A stretch of 63,694 bases of DNA, counting the filler, from Platydemus manokwari (lineage: Eukaryota), in the NCBI GenBank assembly GCA_037951405.1. It is 6 parts of 6 records of this genome, joined end to end, with 100 filler letters (N's around TTAATTAATTAA, not from the genome) between each part and the next. Parts side by side here need not be neighbours in the genome. Positions count along the whole stretch, not along the records: positions 20,423 to 29,340 come from JBBMOY011329872.1; positions 29,441 to 38,413 come from JBBMOY011320871.1; positions 38,514 to 52,371 come from JBBMOY011592520.1; 3 more parts are not named here. One strand, 5' to 3'. The notes beneath the pieces are model-generated. The model ran no database searches. It was given only the letters and a program-made list of their open reading frames with translations, and was not told where the DNA came from. The number at the start of each line of letters is the position of its first letter. Positions within the stretch are counted from its first letter, which is position 1. The position numbers were made by a program, and so were the translations under genes. Of the stretch, positions 27,650 through 41,989 are shown in pieces.

Positions 27650-29300
27650 AAGCAGTTACATACAAAACATAGCCCTTTTGATATTATGCCTAAGGTTTAG
27701 AAAAATCAAGAGAAATTCATGAAAGTTTAGTCATCTCGAAAAAAAGTTCCAATAAATCCCTAAGGAAACTTATAATAACCAAAAAACGTTAAACATGGTC
27801 ATCCAAAAACACTATATAATAAATAAAATCAATAAAGATTTCATGAAATTTCAGATAAAATACGTACCAAAAAACCTATTTTTAGCGAATATCGTTTATT
27901 ACAGATAAACACTGCTCCTTTGGCATTGGCACAAAAAGAAAACAAATTGTGGAAGTTCATGAAAGTATAGTGACCTTGAAGAAAAAATGTGAATAAACCC
28001 CAGAGTAAATGTTAACTGGCCAAAATAGAATTTCAAATGATGTTCACTCAAAGTCAAGGTAAATCACAGGAAATCAATTGAAAATTCATGAAATTTCAGA
28101 CAAAATTCGATCTAAATATGCCATTTTAGCAAATTCGAAAAAATAAAAACATATTGCACTTTACAAATTAAAATTGAACTATCAAAAAATCATGAGAAGT
28201 TCATAAAAGTTAAGTCATCTCGAAAATAAACTCCAATAAAATCTAAACGAAACGTAAAACGATCACTTCGAATTAAGTACTCCAATAACTCCATAAGAAA
28301 ATGTAAAATGGCCTAAACAAGGTTAAAAAAATCACTCAAAGTCTTCGTATATTATTGCAAATCAATAGAAAATTCGAAAAATTTAGGAAAAGTCGATATA
28401 GAAGTTCATTTTTAGCACACTATAACAATTGGAAAACATTCCACTTCTGATATTATACTTCAATTATAGAAAAAAACATGAGAATTTTAAAAAGTTTGGT
28501 CATCTCGTAGAAAACTTCAATAAATTCCTTACAAAACGTAAGAAGACCATAACAAGATTAAAAAATAGTCGCTCAAAGACTTGGATTATTAAAGGAAATC
28601 AATTTCAGATATTTTTTAGGGAAAATCATAAAAAACGATAAATAGTGCCCATTTGATATTATCTCTCAAGTCCAGAACAATCATTAGAATTTCTAAAAGT
28701 TTAGTAATCTCGAAGAAAACTCCAATAAATCTCTAAAGAAATGTAAAAACACCATAACAGGGGTAAAAAATAGTCACTCAAAATCTTGATCAATGGAAAA
28801 TTCATAAAATTTCAGAAAAAATTTGTGCCAGAAAAGCTATTTTTAGTGAATATAGTTTATCATAGATAAACATTGCTCGTTTTATATTGACTAAAAATAG
28901 AAAAAACCGCGGAAGTTAATGAAGGTTTCATGATCTTGAAGAAAAAATGTCAATAAATTTCAGAGTAAACGGGAAATGGCCAAAAAAGAATTTAAAAAAA
29001 AGTAACTCAAAGTCTTCGTATATTACAGGAAATCAGTTGAAAATCCATGAAATTTCAAACAAAAATTGATTTAAAAAGACCATTTAAACAAAGTCAGAAA
29101 ATTGGAAAATAAGGCACTTTTGATATTATGCCTAACGTATAGAAAAATCATGAGAAGTTCATAAAATTATGGTCACATCGAAGATAAATCACACTTCAAT
29201 AAATCCTTAACAAAATGTAAAATAGCCAAAACAAGCTTAAAAGAAGATCACAAAAAGTCTTGGTATATTAGGCTGAGTCAAAAGTTATTCATGTTTTTTA
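27650..29300 (+). repeat. Diverged satellite array, ~240-bp monomer
   Basis: Motif aaagtt(t)agtcatctcgaa...caataaa recurs at ~27721, 27961, 28205, 28490, 28695, 28921 and 29163, running up to the contig end. Confidence 0.85.
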
Positions 29301-29340
29301 GTTGTTTAAAGTTTTTGTTTTACCAAATCATTTAAACATA

Positions 29341-29440
29341 NNNNNNNNNNNNNNNNNNNNNNNNNNNNNNNNNNNNNNNNNNNNTTAATTAATTAANNNN
29401 NNNNNNNNNNNNNNNNNNNNNNNNNNNNNNNNNNNNNNNN
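29341..29440. other. Artificial contig-joining linker
   Basis: N44-TTAATTAATTAA-N44. Confidence 0.97.
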
Positions 29441-30899
29441 ATTAAATTTATAAGTATAATTCAGTTAATACATCACTTTTTAGGACGTCAGATTTTGTAA
29501 ATTTGAATTTATTTAATTATAAATGAACTTAAGAAACTCATGACATGTTTTATATTCTAGTATTACTTATTTTTATCAAATAACTGAAAATTTGAAATAT
29601 GCCTCAATTTGCTTCTAACATTAAAATAATGGGTTCAACCTAATTTGATTTTTTTCAAATAATCAAGCTTTATTATATTTATTATTTTATTTCAAATAAC
29701 TAAAATTTTTCTTAATTACTTATATCAAAATTTCATAATATTTTTGAAGAATATAATGAAATAACTACATAGATTTATGCACTCAATACATTAAAAATTT
29801 TATTTCAGGAACCATTTTCTTACGTTGGCCCACAAATTATGACAAAATCATCCATTTTATACTCCAAAAGAAGTCAAAAACTGTTGGAATGGCACTGAAA
29901 CAGTTAGACTAAAAATTTAATTTTGAAAATGTTTACAATAAAGTCAAAAGTTAAAATCTAGAATACCGGAAATAATCGTGGTAATGACAATGTGAAGGAA
30001 ATTGATTGTTGTTATTCTCGTGTTCTTCATTTATTTTATACCTAATGTTGAAGTCTTTGATTTTTCTGGTTTTATCTGGATTTCATGATATTCCTCAAAT
30101 ATTTTCGATTACTGATAATTGTTACGGTGAACTACTTTTAATTTAGCTACTATTGTCAATCGCTGCCTGCTTAGTTCTAATGGTTTAATTTCTTGTGGTG
30201 TTATTGATTTTATGTTTGTGATTTTGAACTTAACTGTACCATTCTGTAATCGTATTTAGTCAAACATTTTTGAAATTCTTTTTCTACTTAACTATTTAAA
30301 TCGTATTATATTCATTTATTCATTTTCTTTAATAACTGCCATAACAGTCTACCGCTTTTCTCGTCGTTTATTTTTATTTGTCATCAATTATTTATTTAAT
30401 CATTGTTTATGAAATTTTTAAAAGATTTCACACTTAACGTGAAATTTTACACTACAAAATAAATAACCTTTTTATACTCGAGTATCGCTTAATGAACTGT
30501 TAAGTTTTAATTAAGTTTTCGCATGAAATCACATTATTTATAAAATTGTCATAAATAAAAATCTAAATTATCACCATATTTTTATTATTAAATTGTCACA
30601 CGGTGATTTATTTTTGAATTATTCTGGAAATTTTAAGTGCTGTTTAATTTTTGAATTCTTCAATGATTTTTACTTAAAATTTATATATTAAATCATGAGT
30701 ATTTTAAACTGAAGATTAAGAAAATAATTACAAACGTACAAAGAAAATAAATGCTTAGGCAAAGATAATTGTAGACCTAAAACTAAACTTCTAGTTGAAG
30801 TTATATTATACAACTGAAGGACTATTTGGTGATATGAAAACCGAAATATTACTCATCGAATTATCTTTACTCAATTTAGTCAAATGTTGATTGTAGAGT

Positions 30900-32600
30900 A
30901 CATAACATGAGAATACTAAATCGCCCACATGTATTATCTACTAACGAGCAAACATTAAATGATTAGGAAGACTGTCGGACGTTCCTTGTGCAAAAATGCC
31001 TGAGAGAATAACCAATCTGAGTCAATCGAGGAATCACAAGATTAGGTTAATTTACATACGCTGCACAATGAAAGTCGCAAAACACAGCGGGAGAAAGCAA
31101 GAGAAGGCATTAAAAGTGACTCCAAGAAAATATATACCATGGTTTCTTTTATTTTTGACAAGTTTCAGATAATGATCTAAGTTAAACAAAGCCTTACAAT
31201 CAATGGCTCTCATTACAAAAGGAGCGCCAGAATGGAACTTAAAAAAATCAAAGATACACCAAACTGCCTAGGCAATGTCTTATGAGATCGTACCAATTAA
31301 ACTGGACTAATGAAAACAGAAATGAGTTCCATAACAGCTATGCAAGAGCTATTAGTCCCATGTGATTTAATGCGGGTGGGCATATCATTATTGCTGAATT
31401 CAAATTTACTTTTACCTTCTGACTCTGAACAAAAAGTACATGATAGGGATTACATGCAGAAAATGCTTATATGAAGTGGAATCTCAAACATACGTTCTCA
31501 CCTGGTGTAAACCATACAACTCTTTTACAATCCTGTTGAGTGTATCACAAGTCAATCAAAGGGTCAAAAGAACTAAGGAAAAACCCTAAAAAAGCACACA
31601 CAAGTCCGATAAACACAAGTGCTGTTAACCAATCAGATTCATTCTAATGTTAATCCATATTTAGAAGCTAAGAATCGACAGGCACATACCTCAAAACGGC
31701 AACAAGCTCAATTATCTGCCAATGGCACGAGAGATATAAGGAAAATTTCAAGTAAATCGATTCACAAAGAAATACAGCGAATTGAAAACGAAGATCCGTA
31801 ACATCAAGCAGACACACTCGATGGATCTATAAAAGAGGATGAGTTACATGGATTCCTGCCAGTATTTTTTGGTCGGTAACCTCAGTGCTTAGCTTATGTG
31901 TGATTTCAGCAATCAGTCTTTTTGATCACTCTTCATTCTGTTTTTAACTTTCGGGCACTGATCCCATCTTGAATGATTTTCTTTGTAAATTGTGTAAATA
32001 TTTGTTAATGTTATTATTGAGATTTTAAGTGTATCATCTTGGTTAATAGAAATTTTCAGATTTAAGTTGTTGATAACGCAACACTCCATAGGCATAAAAA
32101 AATAATAGATATATTGACCAAGGAAATCGTAGAAAGAATGCTAATTCAGACAATCCAAACAAAATGTGAATCTTTATATAATAAATGACTGACAGTCTAA
32201 AATTGTCCTAATATATGGAAAATGTCCATCGACGAACCTGCGGTAAATGATCGAAACAGCTGAAAAGAAATTCAAAATATTCAGACCTCCAAAATGCAAT
32301 CAAAAGAAGTCGTCCAAACTGGCATGTGGAACTGTCTATCTTTGTCGCAAGTGTTCTCGGAACTTGGCAAACATAGGCCTTCCAACACAATCTTAAAGAA
32401 ACTAGAAACGGATAAGAAAGTTTAATATAAATGCGATATATCTACAATGGAAGTTCCACAAGAGAAAGCCGATAGTGAAACATGTGTGAAGATATCCCAG
32501 AAAATAGAGACTAGAAAGTGGAAACATAATTGATTGAAATGTTGGGTTATCAAGAAATTTACATCCTACTATTTAGCCAAAATAAATCGAAAAGAAAATA
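30900..32600 (+). mobile_element. Probable heavily decayed retroelement
   Basis: A-rich, GC-elevated, coding-like strand asymmetry with many stops. No diagnostic motif recovered. Confidence 0.25.
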
Positions 32601-35600
32601 TTGAGAACAGAAAATGAGAAATTTTTAGCTTTGTAAACAATCTTATTCATCCCCCTCCACTTGAATAGTTGGTTAAAATCATGGCCAATTATCACAAAAG
32701 TGGAATGAAAAAAATATTGTTTTCGTTTTATTCTTTTTTGGCAATTGTAAACATCAATAAACGTATTTTATCACTTGTATTTATTGATGTTTTCGATTTA
32801 TTTGTGTCAAAAGGTAAAAATAATTTTAATAATCAATAATCGCACATATTAATAAATAAGAAATATTAAAGCCAGGAGCATAGAACTAAAATTATAAACT
32901 TGAAAATTTGAATAAGGGGGAAAATCGTGTAAACTTTCACTCTGTAAAAGTCACCATGCTATTAACAGAAGACTTTTTGGGAGTCATAGAATCAGTGTTC
33001 CTAGTGCCAATTAATAACCATGATCTCAAAATACTATTAAGCGATTAAAAATAAAGTGAATGTTAGGTTTTGCTTTTCAAGTAAGGTCAAACTTTTATAT
33101 TTCTATTCAGGCTTATCACAATTAAAATCGATTTATTGATCAGATAGTTGTAAAAATTGAATCTGGTATCGGTTAGAACGCATTCGACCATTTGAGGTAT
33201 TTAAATTTATTTAACTTAGACTTTATAGAAATGTTGTTCCTCTATTATTATCAAGATTAATGATCAACAAATAATGATGACAAATAATCCAACAATACCA
33301 GCCCTCTCAATTACTCAATAATCTTCTTCGGATAATTTGATTGAACAATTTCCTGATTCCCTATCTTCCAATTGCCTGCCTAGTAGTTTAATTGCTAACC
33401 GACTGAATTGATCAGTCTCGTAAGGTGTTTATTTTGCTCTGGCTATTCCATAATTTAAATTTTTGTTTTTTATTTAATGTTGATTTAGGTGGATGGTCTC
33501 AGTCCAAATCCTAACAAAAACAAATCCATTAAAATTAATTAAATTCTAAAAATAAGCACTCGCACGATCAAATAATTAATCGTACGAGCACGATTCTAAT
33601 CAAAGAATTGCATGACATTCAATGGAAAAAGTTATGATAGTAATTAATTATCCAAAAATAGAACAAAGAATAATTATCAAATTAAATGTAGAGCTTTCAA
33701 ATAATCGATAGAGAATGTATGTATCACCCAATAAAAACAATTCCTCAGCAAAATCAGGTGTAAATATAATAAGAAATTGCATTTAAACTGTTAGAAAATT
33801 TTGTGATTGTGACGTTTTTGATAATTTATAATGCGCATCAAATTTAACAAACGAATCTCGACGGAAAGGTTTATGGAGGAAAATTAATAGCGATAATAAA
33901 CAGTAAATTAAAATAAACCATTGGAATTAGATCAATTGAAATAGGAATTAAAAAATAATATAAATAAAAATAAATATAATTAAATAATAAAGAAAGGAAT
34001 TATCACTATAAAATAATTTAGAATTCTAAATATTGAAGAATCACCAATGGTAAACTTAGGATTGCTGGATCATATGAAGACATAAGACTCCAACTACAAT
34101 GTGGATCTCTTTTATTGATTATTAGTGTCTTAGACTCATAATTATTAACAAATATTTATTCTTATTATTATCATTATTGTTAAAAAATAAAAAGAAAATT
34201 AATTATCTACATTTCTTATATTCTTTAAGATAATTAAAAAGTAAAATATTCCCATAAAAATTGTGTTTCTATGATCTGTTTAAACTGTTTCTAGTATTTT
34301 GTTGATTTATTTATAATGAATTCTCATCATCTTCCTTTTTTATAATAATAAATATTCAGCTTATTAGTTATTATTTCGTTCTTGTTTTGATTTGTGAATC
34401 ACTTTATAATAATCACATTTCTAAATTTGACGAAAACTCTGAGAAGATTCAATAACGGATATAACTATTTCCCATACATCATATCCCATGAAGCAGTGCT
34501 TCATTTATAAGTTTTTTTTAAAAGTTATCTCTTTTGAGGTGAATTTATTTTCAGGAGATTTATTTGCTAAAATTTTATTGGATAAAATTATCTACGTTAT
34601 TGGTTTTTCAAAGATAATGCAATTTTATTTACCTGATCAGATTTTGTCTCTAAAATTTCATAAAATTTAATTAACGGGAATAGTATTATGAGAAAACATA
34701 CTGATGAAATCTTTTCCAGATAATATTTGAAGATATGCTTAACTTGTTAAAGATAACCATTTAATTAATTTTATCTACGGCTTAAGAGAGTTGAGGCGAT
34801 TCAATAAGAACGCATTAAGAACGCAATGTGATGTAACCTATTAAATGATTAAACTCATCAATGTCACAAGAGTTACACAACATAACTGTTATTTATAAGT
34901 CAACTGAGATAAGGCAAATAAATACATAATTATTTGAAAAAAACTTAAGAACGGAGTTAAAGCCCAACTTCCTTCTTAAATTTTTTTTAAAAAATAGAGA
35001 TGCATAATGAAATAGTTTTGGGTTTAAGTTAAGACTTAATTTCGTTATGATAATTTTTCGCTTGTGATTTGAGGATATTATTTAATTTTATCTATATTCT
35101 TCTAAAATTCCAAGGAAAAATTAATTTTAACATTTAGTCTATCCTAATCACAACATTTTTCCTGCATTTCTGACATTGTATTCTACATGACTCTTTACAT
35201 TTGCAAGAAAACTTTATCTGATTTCTATAAGTTTCCGATCTGTGCATCATAAGTTAGTTATAAATAAATACTTTTTTATTACGTAAATCAACTTACCAAA
35301 CTCTTGTTATGTTTAACAATGTGATTTTACTTGTTCTAATAAATGATTTACAAAAATTTGAAGTATCTATCAACTTTCTCATAATGTTAAAAAAAGAGGT
35401 CCTCAATATATTTTAAAATTTGTTTCAACACTAAATTTATCAGAAGAAATAAATGATTGTGAGATATTTATCAACTATATATGTAAATATTGAGAATTTA
35501 AGAGGCAATTTGAACACACAACATTTGTAAGAATTTATAAATTCAATCCTTTGAAATGATCTGGGTTTATTTTAAACTCTGTAAACCCAGTTAAAACTCT

Positions 35601-35605
35601 AAATA

Positions 35606-37263
35606 CAGTCAACCCTGTTCAATATGAACTCTAGCGTTCCAAATTTTTCAAATGTTCATATTGAAAAATAATATGAGCAGGTATTAACATAACAATATCA
35701 AATATTTCACAAAAAAGTATTTATTACATCTATTTAGCACAACTTTTATTACTTTGACACATAATAAAGTCTGTGATTTTCAATTGCCTAGATGCTTTTA
35801 CTCTTTAAATTTCTTCAATCAAATCCCATATTTTGCTCATCTTATCAGGTGTATTAGTTTGGAAGTATTTTTAAAGTTTTCTTGCATACTCATAGGCTTC
35901 AAATCCTGTTTTTATTATATGTTATTCCACCCCTTCAACCGATTGATCAGTTGTTTCTTCATTTTCATACTTTTCGACTAAATTAAATAAGAAATATTCG
36001 CCAAATTTTGGATTAATTTAAAAAAAAATCATCACATTCAGTATTCATTTCTTTAACATACGTATTTTCGAAGGACTTGGTAAAACAATTAGAAATAGTC
36101 GCAGGTTTTATACTATTCATGCTTTTGAAATCCCAACTACTGCTTGATATAAAGCAACCTTTTTACAACATATCCCTTGTGTAATGTAATCATCTAAATT
36201 AAAATTCTTTGACAGGCTGAAAAGTTTCTTATAATGGTCTTTAAAGCTTTTTATAATACCTTTATCACGAGGTTGAATAAGAGATGACGTATTTGGTGAA
36301 AAAGAGAATAATTCGATATTAGTCAATTCAAAGTCTTTTGGATAAATAGGTGCTAACAATAATAAATTTTTCAGATCCTCTACTTTCATTATACTGTTTA
36401 AATCTTTTAACCAATCTTGGAAAATTGCCAACGTCATCCGAGAATTTGTATTCCAACGATAATAAATAGGCCATTTTCCTATATCAAAATTTTTAAAAAA
36501 ACGAGGTTTCTTCAACCTGTCTATCACTAAAGGCTTTAATTTTTCTCCTAACATGTTTGCTCCCAAGAATATAGAAATTCGATCTTTAGAAAACTTACCA
36601 TATGCCTATTCTCTTTAGAAATTGTATATGTTCTGTTTAATGAGGATTTCTATAACAGTATAGTTTCGTCACAATTATAAGTGTTTCTGTCTTCATATTT
36701 TTTAAGTTTTCCATATACAATTCCTTAAAATTAAGAACATGCATCTCATCTACGGTTTTAAATTCCCTAATAATTCTTTTCAATGATATCATATGCTTGA
36801 AAAGAAAAGAATTAAGCCAATCATTCGATGCTGTAAAATTATGATTTCCTAAGTGATTTGCTAATTCTAATGCTTTTTGTGTAATATATCATCACTGACA
36901 CTGATATTTCTTGTTCTCTGGATCTGAAAGATTATATTTTGATAAAAGAAAGCATTGAGAACAACCTTTATCTTCATCTAATAATTTTAACAATTTCTGT
37001 TTCTCTTCAATACTTAAATCTTTTCTCTTTCGTTTTGAATTTGTGTCTTTCATTTTCATAAGGCAGTTAAAAATTAAATAATTAAACAATAGTTTATATA
37101 TGTATATTTTATTGATTTGTTTTGCACTATTTTGTGTTCATTGTTCAAAATAAACAGTGTTCGTATTATAAAACATAACTTCCTATGAAAACCATGTGAT
37201 TTCCAATAATTTTTGGCTTCAATGTTCACATTAAACTATGTTCATATTAAACAGGATTGAGTG
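35606..37263 (-). mobile_element. Full-length pogo/Tigger DNA transposon with disrupted CENP-B-like DDE_1 transposase
   Basis: TIRs CAGTCAACCCTGTTCAATATGAAC and (rc) CACTCAATCCTGTTTAATATGAAC match 21/24, with TA on both flanks. HTH KRKRKDLSIEEKQKLL; DDE_1 motifs GANMLGEKLKPLVI...KPRFFK...MT..IFQDWL...PNTSSLIQPRDKGIIKSFK. Several frameshifts. Confidence 0.93.
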
Positions 37264-38413
37264 TATATCAAAAATAGAAGTGATTTGCCTGTTTTTTTTA
37301 TACATAAAAACCATACTGTAACAATTATTATAAAAAAAAGTTAATTATTTCTGGAAACTATATCGTCGACTTTAAGCTTTAAATATCAATTTAAAAATTC
37401 CGAACCACTGTTCAATTTTATATAATTTAACCCATATTAATATTCACAGATCTTTTGTGATGCAATCTGCTATATTTATATTTCATTAATCTGGATATAT
37501 ATTTGGTGGAAAAAAAACTATAAGAAATGGAAATTATATTTCTTTAATTAACAAAACATATTCACCCAATAATTAGACTCACTCTCATTTTCAAAACAAA
37601 TTAGTCAAATGGATTTCATTTTTTGATAGAAAGCCTAATTCTATTTATTTTGAGAAATTGGAAAAGTTCACATTCTCTTAAAAATAAGCTCAGATTTGTT
37701 GTGTTTTTAATAAGTGATGTGAAACGGTTTTAAATAAAATTACTGATCCAGTTGAGATCACAATGGATTGTTCCATTGTTGAATTGATGATGAATGATTT
37801 GAATATTATCCTCAGTGTTGGCCTATAAGTACTGTTGATGTGATTTATTACTATATTCAACATTCGTCAATATTGAAGACGATTTAGTTCCAAGTTTGAA
37901 ATCGCTAATTTATCAGTCTTTAAAATTCAATTCACTAGGACAAATGAGTGAAACGATTTTGTATTAAAAATTTATTAGGTTCAATAAAAAAAATATTGAA
38001 ACCGTCTTCTTTTGAGGGCTGCTCTCACTGTTACTGCATATCAGACATTTCTGCACCACGACAATCTTTTCACATCTATTATAATTTATTCAGCATAATT
38101 AATAAATTACTGTATATATTGAAATGTCATTACCTACCAAACCGATAGAATTGACTTTCAACCTATATTACAAAATAATTTTTATTATACGTGTAAGCCT
38201 CTGCGATTTTAAATTCCTAATTACCTCTATCGAATTCTCATGATAAAATTCTCGATATTAAAATTTCTATTTCTTCTCTACTTTATATAATCTCTATTTC
38301 TTCTTTATATCTTCTTTCCATCTTCTTTATAACTTCTATTCTTTACATCTTTTCTATATCTAACTCTTTTTCTTCCTTACTTCGTACCACAAACGTTATC
38401 AGAATCGAATCCA

Positions 38414-38513
38414 NNNNNNNNNNNNNNNNNNNNNNNNNNNNNNNNNNNNNNNNNNNNTTAATTAATTAANNNNNNNNNNNNNNNNNNNNNNNNNNNNNNN
38501 NNNNNNNNNNNNN
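38414..38513. other. Artificial contig-joining linker
   Basis: N44-TTAATTAATTAA-N44. Confidence 0.97.
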
Positions 38514-41346
38514 ATATATTGCTATATAATAATGAATAATAATAATTGCATTTATTTTCGTAAATACTTAAAAAAAACAATAACTAATAATAAAAACAAT
38601 AACAATGATGAGAGTTGTAAATAACTGCTAGTATTATATTCATAATGAAAATAATAATTTAAATTAATATTATTAAATAATAATAAAATTAAATAAAAAT
38701 TTTATGGATTTTAGAAATCTTAATCAGTTGAAGCTTAATTTAACTTGATACAACTTTATAAAAAGATACACTTATTTCAACATCTAATTGACAGAATATT
38801 TCCAAAAATTATGCTAGCCACATTCTAATATTTTGACCAATGAAAAACACTCATGGAAAATTTTTGATCTATTAATTGTTAAAATCTGTGATAAATTTAC
38901 CAAGTTCACAATTTAAGTGATTATTTTTTAATTAGTTGATATAAAACTTAATCTCTAAACTACTTAAAACCAATATAGACGAATAAATAATTTAATATTG
39001 AGATTAATTTCAGAAAGAGGCGCTAATTCAATCGAGGAAGAGATAAATTAAACCTTAGATAACGTTTAACTTCATATTATAACCAAGGTTATTAATAAGT
39101 TTATTAACTTGAATAATGGAAAATCAAAGAATCCAAAATAACAAGGATGGAAATAACATGTTCATAGTTTTCTATTTTTCAATTTTATTCTTGTCCAAAT
39201 GATGGAACAACAAAAGTACAAATTTAATTGTAATGTCAAGGAATTAAAAAATCAATTCAACCAACAACAGCTTAAATGATGAATTTCTCAATTATAAAGA
39301 TAGGTAGATTAATAAATATTAATGAATTCCAATGATAAACATAAACAATTATGATAATTTATGTAAGAGAATATCCTGCATTGAAAAGATCCGATAAGTG
39401 CAATGGTACTATTTGATCTACACTGATAAACTAACTTGCTGGCAAACAAAAACAACGTTAATGTGTCAACACACAAACAGGTTGACAAAAGAAAATCTCA
39501 CGCGTAAACCAGAAATAGTGATCATCACAAATTGAAAATGATATTACAAGATCACAATGAATATTGACGAGATATTTATAGAATATCTATTAAAAATTGT
39601 GAAATATTGATGTTATCAAGATGAATAACTTTGGAATTTCAGTGCACAATTCTCTTAATGAGATTCAAAACTGTAACTCAAAACCAATCTCAACTCAACC
39701 ATCAAGATAAGTCTGGAATAGATTAAAAGGTTGTGTCATCTCGATTGAAGAGGGTTAGAGAAATTTTTACCGAGTCACTTATGTAATTTAATTCCATGTT
39801 TTTATCATCAGTTTATTATAATCACAACAATTGTCGATGTTTATATGTTACCTGCATTTGGAATCTATAAATTATTATTAATTATTTTTTGAAATAAAGG
39901 TTGGACTGAGATCCAATAACGAACTAACAGTTGTAATTGCAACATTCTGATATTTATTGGATATCATTTGACAAATAAATATACAAATATTATGACAATA
40001 AAACATTATTTAAAAAGTCTATTTTAAACAATATTTATCGCACAGTTATAGATCTTTAAATAACATCTCCACTTCAAACACCTTATTTAAATATAATTTT
40101 TGAATTGTCATTATCAAAACAGAAAACAATGGAATGAAGCTGTTGAAATCCTGCTTCAGATAACTTTCAGAAAACAATTATTCTTAAAACTTTCAAATTG
40201 AATCTTGAATCATAGGTGAAGAGACTTAATGAAAAAACCAATAAAAACAGAAACCAAATATTGTCTCAGAACAAACAAGAACAAACAACGTAGAATTCTG
40301 TTTTTCAGGCACTTCAATGAAACTAGTATCAAGTGTGCTTCACATCATGTGATTATTCTTGCAATGCAACACCTGATAAAGATTGAACATCGTGAAAGAT
40401 TTTGTGGTGAATCACATTTGAAATCGGAAAGCACATTGATAGAACCTTATTTTTAAGTTCAAACGATATATTTTAGCAGATGTATAAACTGAATCTTGAC
40501 AACTTTAAAAGCATGTGCAAAATTCTCTCAAATACTACTACATTAGCTATTGATATTTATTTTCAGCGTTTCAATGCGAAAAATTGGATATGTGAAATGT
40601 CATTTATTAGAGCTTGGTTTTAAAAGTAATATTTGCAGTTATTTATGAAATGCCTTCTGATATCACACTTTTCTCTATATTGATTATTTCTGAATGAAAG
40701 TGAATATTTTGTACTTTTATGAACTAATAAATAAATTGTAATGAATTAAATACGATTCTTAATAATTAATCTGACAGTCAGTTTTGGATTTTTATTTAAA
40801 TACTTATAGCCGAATAGGAACAGAGCATTCTGTCAATAATGTTTGAGAAGATTCGCTTTAAAGACAGTAGAAGTTTGAATTATAAACTTTAATTTGCAAG
40901 TAAAACTTGTTGTTGAAAGAGAAGAAATAAGAATTACAATGGTAAAAGATTTTATATATTATCAATATTTATGAAAATATAAAAATGTATTAATAAAGAT
41001 AAATAATATTGAATAAATATTGTTTTATGAAATATTGTTGACTCTTAGATTTGAACTTTTTATTTTGAAAGTAACCTAAGTTCATTTTCCAATACAAATA
41101 GACCAATCTATTTAGATTTCTATTTATTTTCATTTGACGAAAATCATGGCTAACGTATTAAAAATCTTTTGGTTAATAAAATGAAAAAAATAATTTTACA
41201 AATGGTATAAGTCCCATTCGGAAAATTTAAAACGGATATTGAGAATATTTTCGAGTAAAATTTTATATGGTAAGAGCATTATGTTTTATTAACGGAATAT
41301 TTATTGATTGATCAACTCAAATATTGATTTTTAAAATAATAATTAC

Positions 41347-41533
41347 ATTACACAAACAGGTTTATCGTTGTAATTAGGTTGGTAAATTACAGCCCAATTT
41401 ACAAAAACATTCTTTTACCAGTTATGAATATTTGTAAATTTATTAAAACGCCGGCTTTATTATACTTTGGGGGCACTTTCGCCTTGACCCAGATTATTGC
41501 TATGGTTACATAGCAACCTGTAATTTCTGTAAT
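41347..41533 (-). ncRNA. Candidate structured RNA element B downstream of the DDX5/17 coding region (family unknown)
   Basis: Nested helices: closing ACAGG(UU)/(AA)CCUGU (41515-41521 with 41356-41362), UUGCUAUG/CAUAGCAA, a GAAA-tetraloop hairpin, AAUUUACAAA/UUUGUAAAUU (41431-41440 with 41396-41405), UGUAAUU/AAUUACA. Confidence 0.5.
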
Positions 41534-41989
41534 TTCAATTTAATATTTTAAATTTGGATTTCTTATTTTGATTTAAGATTTATGAAATGATTTATGAAAA
41601 ATTATTTAAGTTAGTTGTTTTTATATGTGAATATTTTTTTTAAATAATAACGTGTTATTCTATATTTTTTTCAGCGTCAATCTTTAATTATACTATATAA
41701 ATTTTGCAATTCGCTTGGAATTCCTTTATTTACTGGTTACTAGTTTGTTGGTGTCCTCAGAGTATAACATAGCCAATTTTTTTAATTGATCTAATTAATT
41801 TTAAAATATTAAATTGTGAAATACAGGACTTGAAAGAATATGTTAACAAATTTGAGTAAAATTGAAATCTTTGATATACAAAAATGATATTTTAAGCTAT
41901 TTCCCTCATAATAAACATAACAAATTAGGTAATCGATAATTTCGCTATTATGTAATACCATAATATATTATCAAATATTATTTCATTTG

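Noticed and set aside
27650-29300. CRISPR-like regularly spaced repeats
   Set aside because: The intervening sequences are homologous to each other, the period is ~240 nt, there are no cas genes, and the context is eukaryotic.
41440-41500. GAAAGUGCCCC resembling RNase MRP CR-I; plus-strand hairpin resembling U1 SL4
   Set aside because: The other conserved regions (CR-V context, U1 5' end, Sm site) are not found in the right arrangement. An Rfam scan would be needed to exclude these formally.
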